NCBI GenBank assembly: GCA_018651725.1
Contig: JABIDK010000005.1
Span: forward strand, 64 to 64,063
Direction of reading: 5' to 3'
Origin: Candidatus Falkowbacteria bacterium
GTDB taxonomy: Bacteria > Patescibacteriota > Patescibacteriia > JAACEG01
Length of the DNA: 64,000 nt
The translations under genes and the position numbers were made by a program. Positions 10,154 through 20,088 of this stretch are shown piece by piece (the stretch's first letter is position 1; each line of letters opens with the position of its first letter). The notes beneath the pieces are model-generated. The model saw nothing but the letters and a program-made list of their open reading frames with translations, was not told the origin of the DNA and did not search any database.

Positions 10154-12148
10154 ATGAATATTTCAGAGTTAGCTAGAAAATTGAATATTTCTCCGCATGA
10201 ACTGCGGAGGATTTTGAATATGGTTGGCATCCATATTGGGGCGCGGGCTATTAAGATTGACAAAAAAACCGCTAAACAGGTTATTGAAAGTTGGAAAAAA
10301 ATATTGGCTGACTATAAAAGAATGGTTCAGGCCGAAGAAGATGCCGCCAAACAGGAAAAAGTTGAAGTTGGGATCGAGGAAAAAGAAATAACAATCCCGG
10401 CTTTAATGACGGTGAGGGATTTTGCCGGTCGTCTTATGATTCCGGTTAACAAGCTTATGGAAATTTTAATGAAAAATGGAATTTTTGCTTCTCTAAACGA
10501 GAGAATTGATTTTGACACAATGGCGATTATTGCCTTGGAGCTTGGCGTTACAGTTGAGAAAGAAGAAGTTGACGGTGAAGTTGGCGGATTAACTAGGGCA
10601 AATTATTTAAAAGATTTACTTGAAAAAGAAAGTAAAGATGAAACCAAAGAAAGACCGCCGGTAGTAGTGGTTATGGGACATGTTGATCACGGTAAAACAA
10701 GATTGCTTGATGCTATTCGAAAAACAAATGTTATTGAAGGCGAGGCTGGCGGAATTACTCAGCACATTGGAGCCTATCAAGTTCTAAAAAATAAACGAAA
10801 TATAACTTTTATCGATACCCCGGGACACGAAGCTTTTACAGCTATGAGAAGTAGGGGCGCGCGAGTGGCCGATGTTGCAATTTTGGTTGTGGCTGCCGAC
10901 GACGGTGTAAAACCGCAAACTATTGAAGCTATAAAAATTGCGGAAAAATCCAAACTGCCTTTCGTGGTGGCGATCAATAAAATCGATAAGCCGGAGGCAA
11001 ACATTGACAAAGTAAAACAAGAACTTGCCTCGCATGGAGTTAACCCTGAAGATTGGGGAGGTAAAATCACCTGTGTTCCGATTTCAGCCAAAGAAGGGAC
11101 CGGCGTTAGCGATCTTTTAGATATGGTTCTTTTGACCGTTGATATGCAAAAAGATAAGTTAAAAATAAGCTTTGAAGGTGGCGGAGTTGGTACTGTGATT
11201 GAATCTCACTTGGATAAGGGAGAAGGTCCGGTTGCAACAGCATTAATTCAAAAAGGAACTCTTAAAAAAGGAGATTTAATAAATATTAATCAAATATTTG
11301 CCGGGAAAGTAAGAATAATGAAAGACTATAATAGCAGAGATATCGATTCAGCCGGACCATCTACCCCAGTAAGAATTTCCGGGATTAAAGGACTTATGCA
11401 GGTCGGAGATATTTTGGAAGCTACTACAAAAAAGGGGAAAGTAAAAAAACAACAAAAACACGAAAATAAATTAGAGAAGTTTATGGCTATTCAGGAAAAA
11501 GACGAAACAGAAGATACAGGCGACAGAATTAATATTTTACTTAAATCGGATGTACTGGGCTCAACAGAGGTTATAATGGAAAGCTTGGAAAAAATTGAAT
11601 CAAAGGATATAAAAATTAAAATAATTAATCGCGGACTGGGAAATATTAGCGAAGCAGATGTTTTACAAACCGAAGGAATTATTAACAATCAGCATGAAGA
11701 CAGTCGGACAATGTTGGTTGGTTTTAATGTAAAAATTTCTTCCGGAGCAGAGGTGTTGGCTAAGGAAAAAAAGGTTGAGATAAAATCTTACCAAGTAATC
11801 TATGATTTTTTGAATGAAGTAAAAGAGGCAATCAAAGAGATGACAAAACCAGAAGTTGTTAGAACGAAAATCGGCGAAATCTTGGTTTTGGGAATTTTTA
11901 AAACCGAGAAAAAATCAATGGTGGTTGGCGGAAAAGTAACTGAAGGCAAAGTGGAAAAAGATAGAAAAATAGAGGTATGGCGCGGTCAGGAAAAGCAAGC
12001 CGAAGGAGATCTTGAAAGCCTGCAATCCGGAAAGCAGGAGGTTTCTTCAGTGGAAAAAGGACAAGAATGCGGACTAATTTACAAGGGCGAGCCAATAATT
12101 CAAAAAGAAGATAGGTTATTAATATTTAAGGAATCAATAAAACAATAA
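10154..12148 (+). CDS. infB: translation initiation factor IF-2
   Basis: RPPVVVVMGHVDHGKT, GGITQHIGAY, DTPGHEAF, NKID. Confidence 0.99.
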   Translation: MNISELARKLNISPHELRRILNMVGIHIGARAIKIDKKTAKQVIESWKKILADYKRMVQAEEDAAKQEKVEVGIEEKEITIPALMTVRDFAGRLMIPVNKLMEILMKNGIFASLNERIDFDTMAIIALELGVTVEKEEVDGEVGGLTRANYLKDLLEKESKDETKERPPVVVVMGHVDHGKTRLLDAIRKTNVIEGEAGGITQHIGAYQVLKNKRNITFIDTPGHEAFTAMRSRGARVADVAILVVAADDGVKPQTIEAIKIAEKSKLPFVVAINKIDKPEANIDKVKQELASHGVNPEDWGGKITCVPISAKEGTGVSDLLDMVLLTVDMQKDKLKISFEGGGVGTVIESHLDKGEGPVATALIQKGTLKKGDLININQIFAGKVRIMKDYNSRDIDSAGPSTPVRISGIKGLMQVGDILEATTKKGKVKKQQKHENKLEKFMAIQEKDETEDTGDRINILLKSDVLGSTEVIMESLEKIESKDIKIKIINRGLGNISEADVLQTEGIINNQHEDSRTMLVGFNVKISSGAEVLAKEKKVEIKSYQVIYDFLNEVKEAIKEMTKPEVVRTKIGEILVLGIFKTEKKSMVVGGKVTEGKVEKDRKIEVWRGQEKQAEGDLESLQSGKQEVSSVEKGQECGLIYKGEPIIQKEDRLLIFKESIKQ

Positions 12149-12229
12149 AACATAAAAAACAAAAAAACAATTTTATTAAAATAGCGCGTCGTCTTGTTTT
12201 CTTGCTTTCTTGCTTTTTTGTTTTTGTGT

Positions 12230-12529
12230 ATGAGTTTTCGTCATTTACAAATGAGTGAGTTAATCCAAAAAGGAGTTGCTGATATAATGTTAAAGGAAAT
12301 TGATTTTCCTAAAGGATGTTTAGTGACAGTGATCAGAGTTGAAACATCCAAGGATTGTAAAGAGGCCAAGATTTATATAAGCATTTTACCAAATGCTTTT
12401 ATTGGAAAAATTTTAACTTTGTTTAATAAAAGGAAAAGTTTTTTCAAGCATTTGATTTGCAAAAAATTATCTTTAAAGCACTCCCCGGAAATTGAATTTA
12501 TTATAGAGAATGATTATGACAACATATAA
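12230..12529 (+). CDS. rbfA: ribosome-binding factor A
   Basis: Directly downstream of infB; VTVIRVETSKD.KEAKIYIS...PEIEF. Confidence 0.85.
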   Translation: MSFRHLQMSELIQKGVADIMLKEIDFPKGCLVTVIRVETSKDCKEAKIYISILPNAFIGKILTLFNKRKSFFKHLICKKLSLKHSPEIEFIIENDYDNI

Positions 12530-13448
12530 AGAAATAGAAAACGCTGTTAAAGAAGCGAAAAATATTTTAATTACTACTCATGAAAGACCGGACGGTGACG
12601 CCCTAGGGTCTGTTTTTGCTATTTCTAAATTTCTTGAATTTTTTAAGAAGAGCCATCAAGTTTATTTGAAAGATTATGATGGAGCGCAAAAATTCCCTGT
12701 CTTAAATTTTATTAAAGATAAAAGCGATATTAATTTAGATGATGTTGATTTATTGATAACGCTTGATTCTGGTGATTTGTCTCGGACAGGACTGGTAGAT
12801 ATAGAAGAAAAAGGAATAAAAATAATTAATATCGATCATCATATTTCAAATGATAACTTCGGGGATATTAATTTAGTTGAACCAATCGCTTCTTCAACTA
12901 CTGAAGTAATAACAAAGCTTTTTAATTATCTTAACTTTGAGATAACTAAAGATATTGCCAACGCGCTTTTGCTTGGGTTGTTAACAGATACGGATAATTT
13001 TTCCAACAAAGGAACATCTAAAGAAGCGTTTAATGTAGCATCTGGCCTTTTAGCAAAAGGCGCTAATATCAGTAAAATTAATAACAGTAGCAATGAAAAG
13101 CAAATCGATATTTTGAAGTTATGGGGGAAATCATTTAATAGACTAAAAGAAAATAGTGTTTATAACTGCGCTTACACCGTGGTTTCTAAACAAGAAATAG
13201 AAAGTTCCGATAACTACGAAAAAGTTGATGATTTGGTTAATTTTTTTAATAACTTAAAAGACCCAAGATTTGTGATGGTTTTAAAAGAGCAAGAAGAATG
13301 CGTAAAAGTCAGCCTTAGAACTACTCGTGAAGACGTGGATGTTTCTAAATTAGCAATATTTTTTGGTGGCGGAGGTCATAAAAAAGCAGCCGGATTTACA
13401 ATAAACGGAAGAGTTAAAGAAACCACCAAAGGCTGGAAAATTGTATAA
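12510..13448 (+). CDS. nrnA: bifunctional oligoribonuclease/pAp phosphatase NrnA (DHH-DHHA1)
   Basis: THERPDGDALGS, NIDHH, TDTDNF, SLR, GGGGHKKAAG. Confidence 0.92.
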   Translation: MIMTTYKEIENAVKEAKNILITTHERPDGDALGSVFAISKFLEFFKKSHQVYLKDYDGAQKFPVLNFIKDKSDINLDDVDLLITLDSGDLSRTGLVDIEEKGIKIINIDHHISNDNFGDINLVEPIASSTTEVITKLFNYLNFEITKDIANALLLGLLTDTDNFSNKGTSKEAFNVASGLLAKGANISKINNSSNEKQIDILKLWGKSFNRLKENSVYNCAYTVVSKQEIESSDNYEKVDDLVNFFNNLKDPRFVMVLKEQEECVKVSLRTTREDVDVSKLAIFFGGGGHKKAAGFTINGRVKETTKGWKIV

Positions 13449-13488
13449 ATGCTTGACTAATTAGCTAAAAAATGGGAAAATTAAATAT

Positions 13489-14064
13489 ATGCATTTAATA
13501 CCTACAGTTGTAGAAAAAACTCATTTTGGCGAAAGAGCTTATGATATATATTCTCGTCTTTTAAAAGACAGAATTATATTTTTAGGTTCAGCTATTGACG
13601 ATAGCGTAGCAAACACAATAATTGCGCAACTTTTGTTTTTGGAAAGCGAAGATAAAAATAAAGATATAAAATTATACGTTAACAGCCCCGGAGGATCTGT
13701 AACAGCCGGACTTGCAATTTACGACACAATGCAATATGTAAAGCCGGATATTTCCACTATTTGCGTTGGTTCAGCCGCTTCTATGGGAGCCTTTCTTTTG
13801 GCCGCCGGAGCCAAAGGGAAAAGATTAGCACTGCCAAACTCTGATATTATGATTCACCAAATAATGGGAGGAGCCGAGGGGCAGGCAACCGATATTAAGA
13901 TTAGAGCTGAATATATTTTAAAGTTAAAAGACAGATTGAATAATTTATTTACCAAGCATACAGGACAAGTAATAGAAAAAATTGAAAGAGACACTGAGCG
14001 TGATTATTATATGACCGCCAAAGAAGCAAAAAAATACGGAATTATTGATAAGATAGTTTCTTAA
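13489..14064 (+). CDS. clpP: ATP-dependent Clp protease proteolytic subunit
   Basis: [31 protein letters not shown]. Confidence 0.99.
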   Translation: MHLIPTVVEKTHFGERAYDIYSRLLKDRIIFLGSAIDDSVANTIIAQLLFLESEDKNKDIKLYVNSPGGSVTAGLAIYDTMQYVKPDISTICVGSAASMGAFLLAAGAKGKRLALPNSDIMIHQIMGGAEGQATDIKIRAEYILKLKDRLNNLFTKHTGQVIEKIERDTERDYYMTAKEAKKYGIIDKIVS

Positions 14065-14118
14065 GAATTTTACTTTTTTCTAAAATTATTATATTTTAGA
14101 AAAAAGTAAAATTCTTAA
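14061..14118. repeat. perfect 26-bp-arm AT-rich palindrome
   Basis: TTAAGAATTTTACTTTTTTCTAAAAT-tattat-ATTTTAGAAAAAAGTAAAATTCTTAA. Confidence 0.9.
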
Positions 14119-14274
14119 CAAAAACAGAGAATTAATTAATACAACTTAAAAAATTTAAAATGTCATTCAAGACAACATTTGAAAAACACAACCAAAAAGA
14201 CATAATAAACAATAAAATATTATTTATTGTGGTTTTATAAGTGTATTGATGGTTTTCTGGAATAGATTTATTAT

Positions 14275-15792
14275 ATGATGGAATCAGTATATTTAACTAT
14301 TGGAATTCTTTCCGGAATAGCAGTGGGGTACTTACTAAGAAGAACAGTTGCTTTGCAACAGGCTGATGCAGCAGAAAAAAAAGTCAAAGATTTAATTTTT
14401 GACGCCAAGGAAAAAGAAAGAAAATTACTTTTGTCAGCTAGGGATAAAGCTTTAAAGGTTATTGATGAAGCCAAAAGAGAAGAAACTCAGCGGCGACAAG
14501 AGCTTTCCAGGCTAAGAGGAAGACTGGAAAAAAGAGAAGAAATTTTTGACAAAAAATTTACAGAAATAGAAAAAAATGAAAAACAGATAGAACAGGAAAA
14601 TCAAAAAATAGTAAAAGTTAAAGAAGAAATTAAAAAAATTCGTGAAGATCAAATCGGTAAATTGGAGAAAATAGCGGCTTTATCTAAAGGTAAGGCAAAA
14701 GACATACTCCTTGATTTAGTTGAAAAAGAGGCTGAAGAAGATTTAATGATTAGGATTAGAAAGCTAGAGCAAGTTTCGTCGGAAGAGTTTGAGAAAAAAT
14801 CAAAGGAACTTTTGACTACTGTTATTGAGCGTTGCGCTTCATCTCATGCTGCTGAAACTACCACTACCTCTGTAACTATTCCTAATGATGAAATGAAAGG
14901 GCGAATCATTGGAAGAGAGGGAAGAAATATTAGAACAATTGAACAATTAACAGGCACAGAAATCGTGATTGATGATACCCCGGAAACTATTATTATTTCA
15001 GCCTTTAGTCCAATTAGAAGAAATGTGGCAAAAATAGCTTTGGAAAAATTGATTAAAGACGGACGTATTCATCCCGGCAGAATTGAGACTGCTATTGAAG
15101 AGGCTAAAAAAGAACTGGCCCTTGATATTAAAAAAGCCGGAGAAGATGTTATTTACGAAGTAGGCGTAACCGGGCTTGATCCGAAGTTAATTCAAATTTT
15201 AGGAAGATTAAAATATCGTACCAGTTACGGACAGAATGTTTTACGGCATAGTGTTGAAGTTGCTCAGCTTGCTTCTATTTTGGCAAAAGACTTGGGAGCT
15301 GATCCGATAGTTGTTAAAAAGGCCGGACTACTTCACGATATTGGAAAAGCGGTTGATCACGAAATTAAAGGAACTCATCCGGAGATTGGAAGAGATATTG
15401 CCAAGAAATTTAAATTACCTGAAGAAATTATTGCCCCGATTTTAACTCACCACGAAGACCATCCACCGACTCTTGAAGCTATTGTTGTTAAAATCGCTGA
15501 CGCTATCTCCGGAGCAAGATTAGGAGCCAGAAAAGATAGCTACGAAGAGTATATTCAAAGACTGGAAGAACTGGAAGGTATTGCCAAAACTTTTGAAGGA
15601 GTGGAAAAAGTATATGCTATTCAAGCTGGGAGAGAAGTCAGAGTGTTTATTAACCCTGATATGGTAAGTGATCTTGATGCTCATAAGTTGGCCAAAAATA
15701 TCGCCAAAGAAATAGAAAGTGAACTGAAATATCCCGGAGAAATAAAAGTAAACGTTATTCGCGAAACAAGAATACTGGAATACGCCAGATAA
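14275..15792 (+). CDS. rny: ribonuclease Y
   Basis: N-terminal TM, coiled coil, KH (MKGRIIGREGRNIR), HD (LLHDIGK), YAIQAGRE. Confidence 0.99.
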   Translation: MMESVYLTIGILSGIAVGYLLRRTVALQQADAAEKKVKDLIFDAKEKERKLLLSARDKALKVIDEAKREETQRRQELSRLRGRLEKREEIFDKKFTEIEKNEKQIEQENQKIVKVKEEIKKIREDQIGKLEKIAALSKGKAKDILLDLVEKEAEEDLMIRIRKLEQVSSEEFEKKSKELLTTVIERCASSHAAETTTTSVTIPNDEMKGRIIGREGRNIRTIEQLTGTEIVIDDTPETIIISAFSPIRRNVAKIALEKLIKDGRIHPGRIETAIEEAKKELALDIKKAGEDVIYEVGVTGLDPKLIQILGRLKYRTSYGQNVLRHSVEVAQLASILAKDLGADPIVVKKAGLLHDIGKAVDHEIKGTHPEIGRDIAKKFKLPEEIIAPILTHHEDHPPTLEAIVVKIADAISGARLGARKDSYEEYIQRLEELEGIAKTFEGVEKVYAIQAGREVRVFINPDMVSDLDAHKLAKNIAKEIESELKYPGEIKVNVIRETRILEYAR

Positions 15793-15871
15793 TTATTTAA
15801 TTATTTAACTATCTAATTATTTAGTCATTTAACTATCTAACCGTCTAGCCGTTTAACCATTTACATGTTTA
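15790..15871. repeat. degenerate 8-nt tandem repeat (~10 units)
   Basis: taattatt taattatt taactatc taattatt tagtcatt taactatc taaccgtc tagccgtt taaccatt tacatgtt. Confidence 0.8.
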
Positions 15872-15899
15872 TACGAGCTATGAAGGTGGATGAAAACAA

Positions 15900-16175
15900 A
15901 TGAACAAAGGAGATTTAATTTCAGCTTTAGCTGAAAAAACTGAGACTTCTAAAAGAGAAGCCGAAGCTTTTGTTGAAGCTTTTGTCAACACTGTAACTGA
16001 AACTTTGCAAGGAAAAGGAGACGTTGCTTTAACCGGTTTCGGAACTTTTTCTGCAAAAGATAGAGCTGCAAGACAAGGGGTTAACCCAAGAACTGGAGAA
16101 AAAATCCAAATTGCAGCTACAACTGTGCCAAAATTTAAGGCTGGAAAAACTCTAAAAGACGCTTTAAAGAAATAA
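15900..16175 (+). CDS. hup: DNA-binding protein HU
   Basis: MNKGDLI...GFGTF...RQGVNPRTGE...PKFKAGK. Confidence 0.98.
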   Translation: MNKGDLISALAEKTETSKREAEAFVEAFVNTVTETLQGKGDVALTGFGTFSAKDRAARQGVNPRTGEKIQIAATTVPKFKAGKTLKDALKK

Positions 16176-16205
16176 AAGCAACTTTTAAAAAGCTTTTTAA
16201 AAAGA

Positions 16206-16241
16206 AAAAAACAGACTCACTATTATAGTGAGTCTGTTTTT
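16206..16241. terminator. bidirectional intrinsic terminator
   Basis: AAAAAACAGACTCAC-tattata-GTGAGTCTGTTTTT between convergent hup and tRNAs. Confidence 0.85.
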
Positions 16242-16317
16242 TGGTGCCCCGTACAGGATTTGAACCTATGACCATTCGCTTAAGAGGCGACTGCTCTACC
16301 AACTGAGCTAACGGGGC
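16242..16317 (-). tRNA. tRNA-Lys(CTT)
   Basis: Reverse complement GCCCCGT...ACGGGGC ACCA; anticodon loop CTCTTAA. Confidence 0.95.
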
Positions 16318-16327
16318 CAAAACTTTG

Positions 16328-16401
16328 TGCACCCGGTAGGACTCGAACCTACAACCTTCTGGTCCGAAGCCAGACACTCTATCCAGTTGAGCTACGGATG
16401 C
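16328..16401 (-). tRNA. tRNA-Arg(TCG)
   Basis: Reverse complement GCATCCG...CGGGTGCA; anticodon arm TCTGG-CTTCGGA-CCAGA. Confidence 0.93.
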
Positions 16402-16477
16402 ATTAACTAAAATAGACCTAATCGGTCTATCTTGAGCTAAAAAAATATTAACATAAAAGTAATAAAAAATCAAGAGT

Positions 16478-18289
16478 CTATTTCAGGACAGCTTTAATCC
16501 TCCGTACCCCAGCTGAACTTGACTGTTCCTTTTTGATTTTAAACTCCCCAAGCTCGCCGGTTGAGTTGACATGTGGTCCGCCACAGATTTCCATTGAGAA
16601 TAGATTTTTATCAGAACCTATTTTGTAGACCTTTACTTTGTCTCCGTATTTTGCGTCGAATACACCGATAGCTCCTTTTTCTTTTGCTTCATCTACAGTC
16701 ACTTCTTCAAAGTTAATTGGTAGGTCTTTTTGAATTACTTCATTGACCAGTTCTTCCACTTTTTGTTTTTCTTCGACTGTTAATTTTTCATTATGGGTAA
16801 AATCAAACCGTAATCGCTTGGCTGTAATATTAGAACCTTTTTGATAAACATGATTACCTAAAATTTTTCGTAGAGCTGCATTTAGTAGGTGAGTAGCAGT
16901 ATGAAGTTTAGCGGTTTCCTCTCCGGAGTCAGCTAGTCCGCCTTTAAATTTACCAGCACTTGCTGTTCGGGATAGTTCTTGGTGTTTTTTAAGTTCTTTT
17001 TTAAATTCTTTTTCGTCAATCTCTATTCCTTTTTCTTCAGCAAGTTCTTTAGTCATTTCTATTGGAAAGCCATAAGTTTGATATAAATCAAAAGCCTCCT
17101 TGCCATTAATATTGCCTTTCTTTTCAAATTCTTTTAATCCTTTTTCTAATGTTTTAGAGAATTTTTTTTCTTCTTTATTAATTTCATTTAAAATAAAAAC
17201 ATAATTTTGTTCCAGCTCAGGATAAGCTTCTTTATAATCACTAATTACTATTTGAGCAATTTCTTTGGTCCATAGTTCTTTGGTGATACCAAGCTGTTTG
17301 CCGTATCTAATAGCTCGTCTAATAAGGCGTCTCACAATATAACCTTGATCGGTGTTTGATGGAGCAACCCCTTTATTATCACCCATAATAAAAGCAGCTG
17401 CTTTAATATGGTCGGCAATAATTCTAAATTGTTTTCTTGTATTAACCCAACATCGTTTACCATTTTTTATGTATTCGTCATCAGCGTCATCTCCATATTT
17501 AAGATTTGATAGTTCCTCGATTTTTTTAATTATATTAGCAAAAAGTTCTGTTTTGTAGTTATCGTCAACTCCATTTATTACAGCTAAGATTCTTTCCAGC
17601 CCCATGCCGGTATCAACATTTTGTTGTGCTAATGGTTCAAAATTACCGTCTTTTGTTTTATTGTATTGCATAAATACATCGTTCCAAATTTCAACCCAAC
17701 TGTCATGATCATCATTAAAGCTGTCTGGCACCTTGTTAGGATCACCAACCCAATAAAACATTTCAGTATCAGGTCCGCATGGCCCGGTTTCTCCGGCTGG
17801 TCCCCACCAGTTTTCTTTTTTTCCTAATCTAGCAATTCTTTTTTCCGGCATCCCTAAATTTTTCCAAATTTCAAAAGCCTCTGAATCAAAGGGTGCATTA
17901 TCATCGCCCTCAAAAACAGAACAGGCTAATCTATTTTTATCCAGACCCAACCATTCAGATGAAGTTAGAAATTCCCAGCTCCATTCAATAGCTTCTTTTT
18001 TAAAGTAATCGCCGAAAGACCAATTGCCAAGCATTTCAAAAAAAGTGTGATGAGTTGTATCTCCTACTTCATCTATATCCGATGTTCTAATACATTTTTG
18101 AGCATTAGTAACTCTGTTGCCGCCCGGGTGTTCTTCTCCCATTAAATATGGAACTAATGGATGCATTCCGGCAGTAGTAAATAAAACCGTTGGATCATTC
18201 TCCGGGATTAATGATTCACTTGGTATAATTGTATGACCTTTTGATTTAAAAAAGTCTAAATATTTTTGTCTAATTTCTTTTGCTTTCAT
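16478..18289 (-). CDS. alaS: alanine--tRNA ligase (short form, no C-Ala domain)
   Basis: FTTAGM, HHTFFEMLGNWSFGDYFK, DTGMGLER, editing motifs HTATH and ICGGPH. Confidence 0.98.
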   Translation of the reverse strand: MKAKEIRQKYLDFFKSKGHTIIPSESLIPENDPTVLFTTAGMHPLVPYLMGEEHPGGNRVTNAQKCIRTSDIDEVGDTTHHTFFEMLGNWSFGDYFKKEAIEWSWEFLTSSEWLGLDKNRLACSVFEGDDNAPFDSEAFEIWKNLGMPEKRIARLGKKENWWGPAGETGPCGPDTEMFYWVGDPNKVPDSFNDDHDSWVEIWNDVFMQYNKTKDGNFEPLAQQNVDTGMGLERILAVINGVDDNYKTELFANIIKKIEELSNLKYGDDADDEYIKNGKRCWVNTRKQFRIIADHIKAAAFIMGDNKGVAPSNTDQGYIVRRLIRRAIRYGKQLGITKELWTKEIAQIVISDYKEAYPELEQNYVFILNEINKEEKKFSKTLEKGLKEFEKKGNINGKEAFDLYQTYGFPIEMTKELAEEKGIEIDEKEFKKELKKHQELSRTASAGKFKGGLADSGEETAKLHTATHLLNAALRKILGNHVYQKGSNITAKRLRFDFTHNEKLTVEEKQKVEELVNEVIQKDLPINFEEVTVDEAKEKGAIGVFDAKYGDKVKVYKIGSDKNLFSMEICGGPHVNSTGELGEFKIKKEQSSSAGVRRIKAVLK

Positions 18290-18293
18290 AAAA

Positions 18294-19130
18294 TTAAATT
18301 TTCCATTTTTGTTTTATTTTTTCTATATCTAAAATATTCAAAGTCTCCTTGTTTATTTCAGTGCTTCTTTCCAGAAACTCATCTTCTCTCATATTACTAT
18401 TTTCAAGGTCTATAAAAAATTTTATAATTTTAATTTTTTTAGGAGATTCAGTTGGTAAGTCACAGGCAAAGTATTTAAGATAATCTTCAAGATATCCCAT
18501 TGAAGACACCAGTTCTTTTTTAGCAATTTCAGGGTTGTTTGTTATTTCTTCTATATAACTATTTAATAAATTTATTTCTTGAGGAAGCTTATTGTATATA
18601 TTTTCAGGTAATTCAGGAAATTTTTTTCTTGTTGTGTCTGTTTCTTCCTCTTCTCTGAATTCATATTGTTCATCAGAACCTTTCATTGGAAATGCTTTTA
18701 AGCCACTTTTTTTTAACTCCGTCCGTTCTTCTTCTGTTAAATTTTCCAAAGAAACAATATCTCCATTTTTGTTTTTTGCAAAATATTTATTTTCACCAAT
18801 AAAATACTTTCCGTTTTCATAATTTTTTGCATATCTATCGGCGGTTGATATAATAGAATTTCCAAATATATGAACAAAATGATTATTTGGTTCAATTTTG
18901 GGTAAATCACTATCTTTAAATGTTTCTGAAATAGAATTTTTAAAATCTTTAGCGTTTTGCTGCATTTTATTTCGATCTTCTTCTTTGATTATATTTTGTT
19001 CAACCAAATAAAAAGCAAGATCACTTTCTAAAAAGTGTTTATAGTCTTTTAACCTTTCCAGTGTAAGCTCGAGCCTTTTTGCATTTTCTCTTTTAGGATC
19101 AAATGACTCCCCGTGCATTTGTTCAGACAT
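18294..19130 (-). CDS. hypothetical protein
   Basis: 278-aa acidic ORF with tight operon-like spacing to alaS. Confidence 0.7.
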   Translation of the reverse strand: MSEQMHGESFDPKRENAKRLELTLERLKDYKHFLESDLAFYLVEQNIIKEEDRNKMQQNAKDFKNSISETFKDSDLPKIEPNNHFVHIFGNSIISTADRYAKNYENGKYFIGENKYFAKNKNGDIVSLENLTEEERTELKKSGLKAFPMKGSDEQYEFREEEETDTTRKKFPELPENIYNKLPQEINLLNSYIEEITNNPEIAKKELVSSMGYLEDYLKYFACDLPTESPKKIKIIKFFIDLENSNMREDEFLERSTEINKETLNILDIEKIKQKWKI

Positions 19131-19196
19131 AAATTTAAAATTATTGATTTGTATAATTTTAGTTTAGTTTTTTAGTTGGTTGATGTCAATGAATTT

Positions 19197-19703
19197 CTAT
19201 AATTCATTTAATAATATCAATTCCGGTTTTTTAAGGTTGGTATCAAAAATCGCAAAACTTGGTTGGAAAAACACTCCGCCAGTTGTCCCGGGATTTAGCA
19301 AAATGGTTTTGTTTATTGTTTCTATTGTTGGTTTATGGCTGTGTCCGAAAAATACTAAGTTAAATTTTTCTGATTTAGCTAGATTTTTGGCGATCCAAGG
19401 ATAATGTGTAATTGCGATTTTTAATTTATCTATTTTAAATTCCCCGATTTTATCAAAAATTTGTATAGTTTTATTTTCAGAATTTTTGATTTTTTTACCG
19501 TCTTCTTCATGCCATTCTTCATTATTACCAAAAACATAATATAAATCACCTTTAAAATTTTCAATTAAAAAAGAAAAAGTGTCATAAAGTACCAAATCTC
19601 CACAGCAAATTAAAGTTTTAATTTTATTTTTATTTATGTAATTTAAAGCTTTTTCTAAATTAGCTAAATTATCATGAACATCAGAAATAATAGCAAACTT
19701 CAT
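19197..19703 (-). CDS. YfcE-family metallophosphoesterase
   Basis: ISDVHDN, CGD, GNNE, THYP, GHSH, NPG. Confidence 0.92.
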   Translation of the reverse strand: MKFAIISDVHDNLANLEKALNYINKNKIKTLICCGDLVLYDTFSFLIENFKGDLYYVFGNNEEWHEEDGKKIKNSENKTIQIFDKIGEFKIDKLKIAITHYPWIAKNLAKSEKFNLVFFGHSHKPTIETINKTILLNPGTTGGVFFQPSFAIFDTNLKKPELILLNEL

Positions 19704-19969
19704 ACAGGATCGTTCCCTCCTTTATTAAATGGATTGCATCTGATTATACGTGAAAGTGTTTTTATCCCACCTCTAATAACCCCATATTTTTTAATCGCCT
19801 GATAACCGTATTCCGAGCAACTTGGATGAAACCGACAATAACCATGCGGAAAAAATATCTTCATAAAACCATGGTCAAATGAAAAAGTCTTTTGATAAAA
19901 ACGGATTAACTTTAAAATAATTTTCCTTGGAAAATAAAAAAAATAATTAATTGTTTCTTTGATGTTCAT
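19700..19969 (-). CDS. yidD: membrane protein insertion efficiency factor
   Basis: [10 protein letters not shown]...RCNPF..GG.DPV. Confidence 0.96.
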   Translation of the reverse strand: MNIKETINYFFYFPRKIILKLIRFYQKTFSFDHGFMKIFFPHGYCRFHPSCSEYGYQAIKKYGVIRGGIKTLSRIIRCNPFNKGGNDPV

Positions 19970-20088
19970 ATGATATTATAATACTATAAGCAATTTTTAG
20001 AAGCAAGGTGTTAAATAATTGTTTGCGATATGGTATAAATAGCCTATTATATAATAAGTTTAATTTAATTAATATTAGATGCTGATTT

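Noticed and set aside
15790-15871. Possible CRISPR array
   Set aside because: Units are 8 nt, contiguous and without spacers; no cas genes in the window.
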